Source: the human T2T-CHM13v2.0 reference genome, Homo sapiens. From it: DNA of 64,000 bases. Position numbers and translations under genes: made by a program. The notes under the pieces were generated by a model, which was given only the letters and a program-made list of their open reading frames with translations, was not told where the DNA came from and searched no databases. This document shows, in pieces, positions 21,004 to 36,345 of this stretch. Position 1 is the first letter of the stretch; each line of letters opens with the position of its first letter. The stretch is from NCBI RefSeq assembly GCF_009914755.1, contig NC_060940.1; one strand, given 5' to 3'.

Positions 21004-21537
21004 TGAAGCTGTCCTCACAGGGTTAACAAGAATTCTGGGCAGAAAGATAGTTATAATTAAGTATTAATGAAGCTGAACTTAGACCTACTTCCTTGTAACC
21101 GAAAGTCATGTAGCAGTAGACACCGAAAATTTGCATCCCTATTTTCCTGTAGATAAAATTTCTGACCTTAGAACCATAAGGCTTTTAAGAATTGCTTCGG
21201 ATGTTTTTCAGATGTCAAATTCCAGCAGAACAGCTGATGCTAACCAGTTTGAAGACCCCCAGAGAGGAACAGAATCAGCATGAGAATACAGCTTCTTCTT
21301 CAACCTGTCCCATGACTTCACCCTGCACTCTAACCAATGAATGATATCTACACTTTGGCCCACTTCAAAACCTTTAAACGCCCTAACCCCACAAATCCCT
21401 TAGGGAGTCAGATTTGAGGTTTCCTCATGTCTCGTCATCTAGTGGCCCTACAAATAAACCTCTTTCTCTACTGCAACCCAGTGTCTGTGCATATTGACTT
21501 GCTGTGGACATGAGGCAATAAACCTATGACGGCTGCA
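21004..21537 (+). mobile_element. Solo ERV1 LTR (LOR1-like)
   Basis: TG...CA ends; cacagggttaacaagaattctggg...gttataattaag; AATAAA near 21453. Confidence 0.6.
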
Positions 21538-23060
21538 TGCATAAGCTTCTGTATAATGCTGCAAAATGAAGAAAAAGTTTTGGTGGATGCAGAATGCATG
21601 GCTCACAATGGAACAATCACATGGCTATACATGATCCAGACAAAGGTGGTTATTCCTGAGCAAACAGCCAGGCTGGTGGACTAGATAAAAGGCTCCCCTG
21701 AGAAGGGGGACTACCCAACTCCCTCTATAAATGCCAAGTGGAACATCCCAGACAAAGCAACTGATGTGCATGCCATATGAGACTGGCTTTAAAATGACTG
21801 GGACACTCGTTCAGCAAATATGCCTGCTTCCCAGGTCTTTTAAGAATTGCTTAAGATGTTTTTCTTAGGAAATTGGTAAGTGCTGTGCTTAAGGGTGTCC
21901 TTTAGGGTGGAAGCCCTCACATAACCTTACTGCTGCAAAACCACAAAATTCAGGAAGCCATATCATGTTTCCTTCCTCAGCTTCATTAGGTCTTACAGAC
22001 ACTAATAAAAACATTAATTAACAAAATAATGGCAAAAGGCAGGGAGGAGAGTCAAAGGACTCCTTCCAGGAAAATTTTTAAGGGATCATTAATAAGGTGA
22101 GTAAAAAAATCATTGATAGGGGTGATACAAAAAAGGAAAAGAAGGTGGAGAGTCACAGGACTCCTCTCAGCAGGGTGGTTATTAAGATACGGCATGAATA
22201 AAATGAAATTAATGAGACTAAAAGATTTTAATACAACACCACTGAAAAATAAGGTATGTCTAAGGGATCCCCTCTTGGTCCCTCAATTTGCCCCACATTG
22301 GAGAAATTTAAAGTCAGAAGGCAAAGATTACAATGAGAAATCTGACCTGAAATTGCCTAGGGAGATTAATCAAGGCAAAATTGATAAAGCACAAGTGTCC
22401 CTTTGCTTACCCTCTGGCTGGGGACTCAGAGCCTCTGTACACAAGTGGGTAAAACCTTCTGGGGTGGTGAAGATAAATCCCTGAAACTCCTTGATATAGG
22501 AGTCCTATGATCCATTGGCAAAGAAAGCCCCGACTAGGGCTACTAGATTGGGAGAATATGAAAAGGTAAGGGTTGACAGGATTATATAAACTGGAATGGT
22601 AATAAACACACTTTAAGTTAAAAAGTTGTATCTCCTTTACTTGAATGTTTTATGGAAATGGATGTTATGTCTGGTAGGGAAACACTTCCCCTACCTAGTA
22701 CTGTAAAACCAAAACCGGTTCATAAAGTCCTAACAGAGGCTAAAGTTAGGAAAGTAAGGTTGATGGAATTAGGGTACAAGCTTGGAGAACTGGTATATCT
22801 GAGTCGTATACTGGTATAATAACTATAATTTTTTCTTTCTTTCCAGTAACACCTCGATTCCCACTGCCCCCGCCCCTCATCCCCATCTGATACAGTGGTC
22901 ACAGGACCAGGGCTGCAACTACAGTTGCACTAAGCAGGGATGATTCCTAAGCAAGTTAACTGCAACTGTTTTTAAACCCTATGTCAGAATTCCTAAGGAG
23001 CTAATGGGGGCATGGTTGTTCTTTCACAAATTCTGGCAAAATAGAGGGTAAGAGGAAAAC
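21538..23060 (+). mobile_element. Degenerate ERV internal sequence, probably the continuation of the MER21 element
   Basis: Decayed gag-like text (ggggactacccaactccc...gccaagtggaacatccca) and a dUTPase-like remnant near 22900-23040. Confidence 0.5.
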
Positions 23061-23364
23061 TCCCACACATCTTGTGTTAGAAGCATGTTAGAGTCCACAT
23101 AAGCAGGAGAAACTGTGTCAGTTATTCCTACATTCTCACAAGGACATTCACCAGTTTTGTACCCAAATCTAGCAATCTTATTCTAACACTGTTTTTTCAG
23201 CACCTGTACTCATTTCCTCCAATGCTCCTTGAACCAGTTTTCCAATCCAGCTGGTTCCCTCACAAATGAGTTAAATGAATGCTTGCTATATGCTCACTTT
23301 TTAGGAATTATAATTTTTAAAACACATGGAAAATAATGTAATCCATATTTTGTTTAGGGTAGCG

Positions 23365-23670
23365 ATGTGCCTAGGTAAAACTGAACATTTCATAGCTTGC
23401 TTTACTACTAGTGGTCACATGATATAGTTCTAGCCAATTAGAGGTAAGCAGAAACCTGCTAGGGTTTTCTGGAAAACTGTTACCTCTTCTTCCATCCTTC
23501 CTTCTTAAAGGCCTGATGGCTGGAGCTGCAGTGGTCATTTTGTGACCATAAGGGTACAGTTTGTAATCATTACTCACCCTTGGACTGCTGCTTATCTTTT
23601 GACTTTTTAAATGAAAGAAAACCCTTATTTTGTATAGGTTTCTATTATTGCAGGCAAATTCATTACCTAA
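23365..23670 (+). mobile_element. MaLR MLT1 (J/I-like) LTR fragment
   Basis: gtggtcacatgatatagttctagccaat...gatggctggagctgcagtggtcattttgtgaccat. Confidence 0.55.
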
Positions 23671-23789
23671 TAGAGATACATCAACCTTCATTAACCTACC
23701 TATTATAACAAAGTAACAATTTCATTTTCTTAATTTAAAAAATACCAGGGTCAAGAATGAAACATACTGTGAATTAAATATGCTGATTC

Positions 23790-25165
23790 TTCTCAAGCTT
23801 GGCATTTGGTTGGTGGTGACCCATGCAGGTTTAACATGTGTACTGTGAAGTGTTATTTCTGTTTGGGCCCATCTACCCTGGCCACGGCATGATGTTCATC
23901 CGCAACGACTGAAAGGTGTTCAGATTTTGTAAATCTAAATGTCATAAAAACTTTAAAAAGAAGCACAATCCTTGCAAAGTTAGGTGGACCAAAGCATTCC
24001 GGAAAGCAGGTGGCAAAGAGCTTACACTGGATAATTCATTTGAATATGAAAAACATAGAAATGAAACCATCAAATACCAGTGAGAGCTATGGAATAAAAC
24101 TACTGAAGCAATGAAGACAGTTGAAGAGATCAAACAGAAACGCCAAGCTAAATTTATAATGAACAGATTGAAGAAAAATAAGAGCTACAGAAAGTTCAGG
24201 ATATCAAACAGGTCAAGCAAAACATCCATCTTATCTGAGTTCCTCTTGCAGGCAAAGGGAAGCAGTTGGAAGAGAAAACAGTACAGCAGTTACAAGAGAA
24301 TGTGGACATGGAAGATGCTTCTTAAAAATCTCTGTAACCATTTCTTTTATGTACATTTGAAAATGCCCTTTGGAGACTTGGAACTGCTAAATTATTTTTT
24401 ACATAAGGTCACTTAAATGAAAAGTGATTAAAATATATCTTTCCTACACTGCCATCTACAAAACATCAGATATTACAGATGTTAGATTGCATCTCAGTGT
24501 TAAATCTTCACTGATAGATATGTAAATCACGAAAATTCTACTTATAACTATAGAAGTGAATTGTGGATGTAAAATGGTTATGCCAATTGGATAATGGCAC
24601 TAGGTGGCATTTGTATAATAAGTAATGGCAAAAAATCATGGCTAGTGATATATAAAATAAAATATTATTTGCAGCCAAATATTCCCTTTATTAATGTTAT
24701 GGAAAGGGGGATACAACAAGGAACTAACAATTTGTATGACAATGTCAAATATTGTTTTGATTTTAGTATTTCCTGTTTTGGTTTATTTGCATCTTGGAAG
24801 AGCATAATGGCATTGTTTGATGAAGCTTAATTATGCTGGACTGTTTTGACCTGGTTTAATCATTCTGATAGGCAGTCGTGGATGTTGGGAATTAGAACTG
24901 AATAATCTTTGCATGGACTGTCGCTACACTCTGGAATTTCCACTTTGGAGAATACTCAGTTCTAACTAGTTATTCCTGGTAGAACAAACTTTATTTTTCT
25001 AGTCTGGCAATGATCTAGAAGCAGAGGAATCCCAGTGCCTTTTAAAAGTTATTATGTAGTTTTCCTTTAAAAAGCTCCTGTTTTTGGAAAGTAGAATTTA
25101 TGGGTACAACATCTGTTCATTATTTGCACATAAAATAAAACCATTTAAAAAGTTAAAAAAAAAAA
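23790..25165 (+). pseudogene. Processed pseudogene of RSL24D1 (ribosomal L24 domain containing 1), full length with 3' UTR
   Basis: ATG at 23836 then ...[38 protein letters not shown]... and [24 protein letters not shown]; premature TGA at 23910; stop at 24323-24325; AATAAA and poly(A) at ~25134-25165; TSD-like AAATATGCTGATTC / AAAAGTGTTGATTC. Confidence 0.93.
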
Positions 25166-25384
25166 GTGTTGATTCAAGAATGGATAAAGATCCCAGAAGA
25201 CTGGTAGGTAGGTAATTTCAATCAAAAGATGCCATAATCACAAATGACTTTCATACTTTCAGACGTGGATTTATTCCTACAGCTCTTATTTATCAAGTAA
25301 TGTAAATTACTAATTCTATCAGCACTAAGACTGAACAAAACCTTTCTAAGTTAGGAATCTTTCTAAAAAAAGGTTTTTTGTGGT

Positions 25385-29004
<3,620 letters not shown>

Positions 29005-30334
29005 TAAAAGAAGAATTCTAACTCGTCTCACCCCCACGGCTGAGATCCCCTCAACCTCATCCCTTTCCACCACTGCTTCACAGGGAGGGTCCCACCTCTG
29101 CTTCTTCACTTTAATCTCTATTTGCGAATGAGGCAACAGCTAGCCAGTACCTCCCTTTTGTCTCTGAAATTCAATCCTCACAATCCTTTGCTCCCAAGAT
29201 GTCTTCCAGCACTGACTTCTTTCCCCTCTCTCTGGGCCCCCTATGGACAATGCCCTCTTATAAGGACTTCTCACTCTTAGACATTGCCTCTCTAGCCCCT
29301 GTATTAATGCCAAATTGCATAAAAGTTACTCAACCCTTATTTTCAATTTCTGTACTCTTACTATTGAAAACCAGCAACAGACCACACTGAGCAGCCCCAG
29401 CCCAGAGGTGTAAACACTGAGGCATTTGTGGAAATGTAAATTTCTCATGTCCCCCTAACTCTTCCACGACTCTCCACTGACTACTTGCAGGTAAAATCCA
29501 TGTTCTTCAGCAGGCCCCAAGCACTTTGTGATCCACTGGAGGAATCTGTGATGCAACTGCCCTCTTCCATGCCCCTGTGATTGCACACAGCTTCTTCCCT
29601 CTGCCAGGACCTCCCTGCTACCTAGGAAACCGGCTGGCAGAGCAACCCTTCCATTCCTGTGTTACAGAAACACCTTGCACACATTGCAGTTGTTGTATGT
29701 ATCACACTTTACTGTATCTTCCCCATGTCTGTCTCCCCTAAGAGGCAACGTGATTCTTGAGGTCAAGGGGCAACCGTCAATACACTCCCTGGCACCAGAG
29801 AAGTCTTCCTTAAATGTTGATGAGCTGGTGGCCCCACCAGTCAATAGGTCAAACAACTTAACCATCCCTCCTGCCACCTGGCTTAAAACCGACCCCTAAA
29901 TCCCTACATCCACCACACAGCTGCCCTGTCCCTGTAAAAACCTTACCACCCCCTACCCCCTCATGCCCAAGGCTAACTTGCAACAATGTTCATTTCACTG
30001 TTGGTCTTCTGTTTCAGGAAGATTCCATGCTTCTCAAAATCCTCACTGACTATTAAATAAGGTCCAATGACCTTAGCCTGGCATTTTGGTACCTCAGCCT
30101 TCATCTTTCCCAGGAGCACCTGGACACCTTTTACCATGACACTCCATGTTTTCTGGGCCTTTGCTCCACAACCACCTCTGTCTGGAAGGTCAGGTACCTG
30201 GGAATATTTGGCTCTTCAAAAGCCAGCTGAAGTACTGCTTTCTACGACAAATCTTCCCTTTAACAAAAGTGGTCACTGGTACAGAGTCAGTGCCTGTTTT
30301 TCAACCTGCATGCGCACTATCACTGTCTACTAGT

Positions 30335-30348
30335 AGTTTCCATTTCGC
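30335..30348. promoter_or_regulatory. Candidate ISRE (AGTTTCCATTTCGC)
   Basis: Matches AGTTTCNNTTTCNY in apparently unique intronic sequence. Confidence 0.5.
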
Positions 30349-31534
30349 CCCTCTGCAGTCATTGGAGGCCCACCTAACTAAGCTCCACATTCTTCTCTAC
30401 TCTAGCATTTGCAAAAGGCAGTGAATTCACATTTTAAAGGCAAAACACAAGCAAACCACTTGGTGGGACACAAGACAGTTCATCTTATCTTATTTTGAGC
30501 AGAGACACTATAGTTGAAAAACTCTTCTTTGCTCTAAATCTTCCTTCCTCTAAATCTGCTGCTCTTCCACAGCCTAACTTAAAATATTATAGATGTTGGA
30601 TCAAATTTGCTTTCCTGTTCTTAGTTTTTAAAATCAAAATAATGGTTTTCTCCTCCTTCAAGAAAGTAAAACAAACTCCAAAACAAATTCAGAACAAAAA
30701 AGCCCTGATTGTGGCATTCAACTCTTACCTATGAGTCTCAAGGGGAGAAAAAAAAGAATTTCTTACAAGTGGGAGGGTTGACTTATGAGTAATACATATC
30801 ACAAAGATCAACAAGCAGGAGCACATACTAGCAAGAAACTGTAAGACACACCTTTCCCAAACAGCTTGGCTAAACTGTGTGGCAAGGACAGCCAAGAAAA
30901 CAGGCATTGGGCAGGTCTGGCAGGACCAGCAGGGCTCTTCTGCATAGCAAAGGAGTCATTCTCCATGCTTGCGATGAGTCTTGAGCAAAAGCAGAACCCA
31001 GAGGAGGCAGAACGCACAGCAAAGGCAGAGACTACTACAGTGGAGATTTAAGCTGAAAGGTGCTAAACCAGAACATTGGAAAAATAAAGTGGGGTTGGAT
31101 TAATCGTTTTGTAAGTCAGAGGAGGAGTTTAGGCTGAATGAGACAGGTGACAGGAGGCTCTAGTAGGTTCCAGGGCAGGAGAATGACTTTTTGCAGGAGG
31201 ATTACTCTAACACAAGTTGAACCAGGGAGGGAGGGAGCAATGAATGAGTAAAGGCAATGGAGCAAGGGAGGGGACACACAGGAATGAAAGTCTTAACCGC
31301 AGCAAAGGCAATAGAAAGGAAAGGAATGAATGCACGTAAGAGATTTTCAGAAGAAAAAGCAGGACTTAATCATGTCAAGCTTTTAAGCCCTGAGAAGTGC
31401 AGAAGATTGGATAGCTGGGGAGAATGGACGAAGGGGAATGCGCCTTAGACCAGCTGTCTGCAATCCAACTGACTAAAAAAGTTAAGCCCAGGAAAGCAAA
31501 CTTGGTTCTATATCTACAATGCTGGCTTTCTGAT

Positions 31535-32030
<496 letters not shown>

Positions 32031-32387
32031 TTAAGGATGTGAAATGCAAACACTCACGATTTTTTGTTAAATCTAAGAACATCAGGAGATACGACTACTC
32101 AGATTCAAGGACACTGACATTACTTGACAAAGCAGGATGCAAAAAGAGGGCCCTTCCTGCCCACCCCGCAGACAGGGCTCATCATATGAGAGGCAAGTAT
32201 CAAGAACGAAGGCTCTGGAAACAAACTCCCTAGGTCTGAATCCTGCTGCCCTACTTAGGAGATGGAAAAACCTAGAGAAACTTGGTTACCTAGGAGGAGC
32301 AACATACTGTGTTGCTTTTTGGTTTGGAAAGGGGGGGAAGTAGATAGAGGTGCTGAAGAGGTCTGAAATGCTGATTTAGGCAGAAGG

Positions 32388-32416
32388 TGAGTCACCACTT
32401 TGAGTTTCAGTTTCCC
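32388..32416. promoter_or_regulatory. AP-1 site (TGAGTCA) plus candidate ISRE (AGTTTCAGTTTCCC) in a MIR-like remnant
   Basis: Exact consensus matches at 32388-32394 and 32403-32416. Confidence 0.55.
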
Positions 32417-32608
32417 CAGCTGTTAATTAAAAAAAAAAAAAAAGGCGGGGTGGTGGTGGGGAGGATAAAATCTACCTTATTAGAAGCCATAAGGGCTGCA
32501 CATTCCTTCTGAAGCAACCTGTGATGTTCTTAAGCGTTATGTAAATGTTAGTTGTAGGTAATATCAATACAAAGAATAACGCTATTTTTTGTTAACATAT
32601 TAAATATC

Positions 32609-32900
32609 CGGCCGGGGTGGCTCCCGCGTGTAGTCCCAGCACTTTGGGTGACCGAGATGGGAGGATGACTTGAGTCCAAGAGTTCGAGACCTGCCCGGGC
32701 AACATAGTGAAATCCCCTACCAAAAAAAAAAAAAAAAATGAGCCGGGCGTGGTGGCGCGCTCCTATAGTACTAGCTACTCGGGAGGCTGAGGTGGGAGGA
32801 TCACTTGAGCCCGGGAAGTCGAGGCTGCAGTGAACTGAGACCGCGCCACACTGCACTCCACTGTGGGTGACAGAGTGAGACCCTGTCTCAAATAGAAAAA
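32609..32900 (+). mobile_element. AluJ-like, CpG-rich
   Basis: Dimeric Alu next to the CpG island. Confidence 0.85.
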
Positions 32901-33447
32901 AATAGGTAAACATAAATCCTTTCTTTCTGACATTCTCCGAGCGTTTTATTACTATTAATAGTTTTTTTCCGATTCTCAAGAGGAACTGAGATCCCAAAAA
33001 GGCTCAGAACTGCAGTAGTGGAGGCCCGGGACTGGGGGATAAAGGCTTAGGTGGTGGACGAGGCTGCGGGCCCAGCAACAGGCCTTGCGTACCATCCTGG
33101 GGGCCGGGGAACTGACAACAACAGGCGACATGCGCAGCGCACCCGATCCGTGCCACACGCTGTGCCTGCGCTTCATACACATCCCCCACTTTCATCCTCG
33201 CGACAGCCCTCTGAGGTAGGTACTTTCGTCAGCGCCACTTTACAAATGGGGAAACTGAGGCTCCGGGGATCAAGCCGCTATCCAAGGTCACATGGCTCGC
33301 GAGCCGAAAAGGCACGTTCGCTGGCTCCCGAGACTGCGTTCCCAACCCAGGCGCATCGCGGCGGACGGCGGGGGCGGGGAGGAGCGGGAGCCCGGAGACC
33401 CGGACCGATCGAGGCCGCGGGCGCGCGGGGGCGGCGGCCGGACTCAC

Positions 33448-33645
33448 CTTGGCGCTGTGCACCGCCTCCTGCGCCCCGCAGAGCTGCAGCCAGATGCGCG
33501 CGGGCAGCGGCTCCTCAGCCCCTAGCGCGCCGAGCACGGCTAGGCTCACGCCAAACAGGCCCTCGATACGGCCGCGGCTCTGCTCCAGCAGCTCCGCCTT
33601 CTCAGCTGGCGCAGTGAACTCGTCCAGCACCGCCCGGGCCGCCAT
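33448..33645 (-). CDS. N4BP1: N4BP1 coding exon 1 (aa 1-66, start of the N-terminal KH-like domain)
   Basis: Translation MAARAVLDEFTAPAEKAELLEQSRGRIEGLFGVSLAVLGALGAEEPLPARIWLQLCGAQEAVHSAK matches the recalled N4BP1 N-terminus. Kozak CCGCCATGG at 33645; strong donor AAG|GTGAGT at 33448/33447; 198 nt, phase 0. Confidence 0.96.
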
Positions 33646-33796
33646 GGCGGGCGCGGCCTCCCGCGGCGGCGCCGGGGGCCGGCGGCGGCGACGCCCCCTC
33701 AGCTTGCTGCCGCTGCTCCCAAGCCAGTCAGGCGGCGTCGGCCCTTCCCGGCCGCCTCGCCCCCGCCCGCGCCCCGCCGCCCGCCCTCAGGCCCGG

Positions 33797-33805
33797 CTAT
33801 ACCAT
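33797..33805 (-). other. Minimal upstream ORF (ATG GTA TAG) in the presumed N4BP1 5' UTR
   Basis: Minus strand reads GCGGG-ATG-GTA-TAG with G at -3 and +4; the TSS cannot be fixed from sequence alone. Confidence 0.6.
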
Positions 33806-33890
33806 CCCGCCACGACCGCAGCAGCTTGGCAATTGCTGGCAGCGAACCCCTCCGCCCCTTTGCCGCCGCCGCGGGCCGGGCCCCGCCGCC

Positions 33891-33994
33891 GCGCATGCGC
33901 CCCGGCCGCAGCCGTCATTGAGGCTCGCCGCCCCCTAGGGGAAGGGAGTAGGGTGAAGGCGACGGAAGTTGACGTCACCCTCAGTCGCCATGTT
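33891..33994. promoter_or_regulatory. Promoter motif cluster: NRF1 (GCGCATGCGC 33891-33900), ETS (CGGAAGT 33963-33969), CRE (TGACGTCA 33970-33977), YY1-like (CGCCATGTT 33986-33994)
   Basis: Direct matches to established consensus motifs 250-350 bp upstream of the ATG. Confidence 0.7.
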
Positions 33995-34411
33995 GGTTGA
34001 GAATAAAGGGATGGTTTTGGAGGCCTGGGCGGACTTCTTTGATGAGGGGAAACCGCTTTCGCGGGATCTGGTGGATGTAGATATATGGGTTTATAGTTGG
34101 GGAAACTTAATTGCCAGGAGGCGAGACTGAGAGTGTCACAGGGATTGGACTTGACCTCAGACATCTTGACGCTCAAACCAGGATTCTAGCAGTTGAGTTA
34201 TTCAGTTTCACGTTAATCCACAGGCAGACGGGACTTTTCTTTCTCTGTTTCTTCCCTTCCTCCCTACCCTTTTACCTTCTTAGCTGCCCTTCTCACTTTT
34301 TTCTCTTTCCCTTTTTATTTCTTTCAGTAAAAATGGTAGCAAGAAGAGAAGAAAATGGGCATACTTACGGAGAATTGAAAATCAAAAAAATGATTAAGAT
34401 AAATTCAAGAA

Positions 34412-34531
34412 GGCCGGGCGCGGTGGCTCACGCCTGTAATCCCAGCAGTCTGTGGGGGCAGAGGCGGGTGGATCACTCGAGGTCCGGAGTTCGAGACCAG
34501 CCTGACCAAAATGGAGAAACCCCCGTCTCTG

Positions 34532-34576
<45 letters not shown>

Positions 34577-34743
34577 AGCGAGGCGTGGTGGCACATGCCT
34601 GTAATCCCAGCTACTAGGGAGGCTGAGGCAGGAGAATCGCTTGAACCCTGGAGGCAGAGGTTGCGTGCGGTGAGCCGAGATTGCGCCATTGCACTCCAGC
34701 CTGGGCAAGAAGAGCGAAACTCCGTCTCAAAAAAAAAAAAAAA
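34412..34743 (+). mobile_element. AluSp-like with the linker expanded to A41
   Basis: atggagaaacccc diagnostic; TSD AAGATAAATTCA(A/G)GA. Confidence 0.88.
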
Positions 34744-36010
34744 GATAAATTCAGGAGAGTGATTTCTTCTGTGAGGGAAGAAAGGGGATATGTTATGGGA
34801 GAAGCCCGAAAAGTGGGAGTTTGGGGGCTCACTCATGATCTTCCCTGGGACTGGAGCAAATAAACCCTAACCCCTCTCCAGGTCTGTTTTCTGATCTGTA
34901 AAATAAAAGAGTACACTCAGTTATCTCTAAGGCCTTTTCCAGGCCTTTATATTCTCTGAGTCCATGAAAACAGATTGTGGAAGATAAAGTGTTGGATTCC
35001 TTTCCTTCAGCTAAATATTGTGGCTATAGTAGATAGGGGCTCTGGGAATATTACCTCTCTCTGTTTTAATTTTTCATCTATAAAATGTAGATAATAATAG
35101 TACTTCCTATTGTGAATATTAATACAGCACCCAACACTGTAAGTGCTCACTGAACATTATTATTGCTAACTTAAGCAATATATTTAAGGCCTAATTTTCA
35201 GGGAAAATCTTTGTGTGGATTATGCAACCACAGTGAACTTGTGGGCCCAGGAGTCTGTGCCATCTGTGTACATCCCTGCTAGAGGAAAAAGAGGAGGAGC
35301 TAAAGATGCTGTAGTTGGAAATACCAAGGGGGAATGGTCTCTGTAGGAGGATTTACCCAAGGTAAAACCTATGAGAGATCCAGGCTTCTGGGGGTTTCCA
35401 TATGTCTCAGAAACTCAGGTGTGGTCTCCCAGTGCCCCACCAAGAAGTGATTCAGCACAGGGAAGAGAACCACTAGGCTCACAGATCAACAGATTCCTGC
35501 TCCCCTGGGCTTTTCCCTTGATGTCCACACAACCAGCAGCCTTGCTCCATCAGGTAGATGACGTGGGATTGGCTGAGGCAGGTCAGGTGGCGAGTGTGGC
35601 ATTGCTGATGCATTGCTTGCAGAACCGCAGTCTATCAGTAAGGCATGTTGTCAACACAGCATGTTATTTCCTGCCTTATTGCACTCACCTTAAACGGAAT
35701 TGCTATTGTTCAGTGATTAGACAGGGCTTTCCCCAGGGCTGGTTCCTGTTTGCTCCCAGTGACTTCCCTGCTTGCGATTCTTAATTGCTTAATTGTAAGA
35801 GGTGAAGAGGGAGGCTGCCTTGAAAAACACACCACAGTGCCTTCCTCTCCCCACTTCCCTCCAAAAAAATCCCACCCAAAACCAACAGAAGCAGTGCATA
35901 CACACACCCTTAAAAAATGCTGGGCCAAGAAGCTGTGCTAATAAGTCACTGGGTTGGTGTATAATTGAAGATACATAGTTTTGGGAGGTTTTTCCTCCAG
36001 TTTTAATTTA

Positions 36011-36345
<335 letters not shown>

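Larger units (their letters stand above)
33050..34080. promoter_or_regulatory. CpG island promoter of N4BP1
   Basis: Very GC- and CpG-dense, non-repeat, spans exon 1 and contains multiple GC boxes. Confidence 0.92.

Noticed and set aside
33229-33447. Extension of the N4BP1 ORF to 138 aa
   Set aside because: It runs through a consensus GTGAGT donor into intron 1; similarity to N4BP1 ends at K66.
33699-33896. 65-aa minus-strand ORF as a long uORF
   Set aside because: Its ATG is the centre of the NRF1 palindrome, has weak context and may lie upstream of the TSS.
34203-34215. CAGTTTCACGTTA as a promoter ISRE
   Set aside because: The second TTTC half-site is broken.
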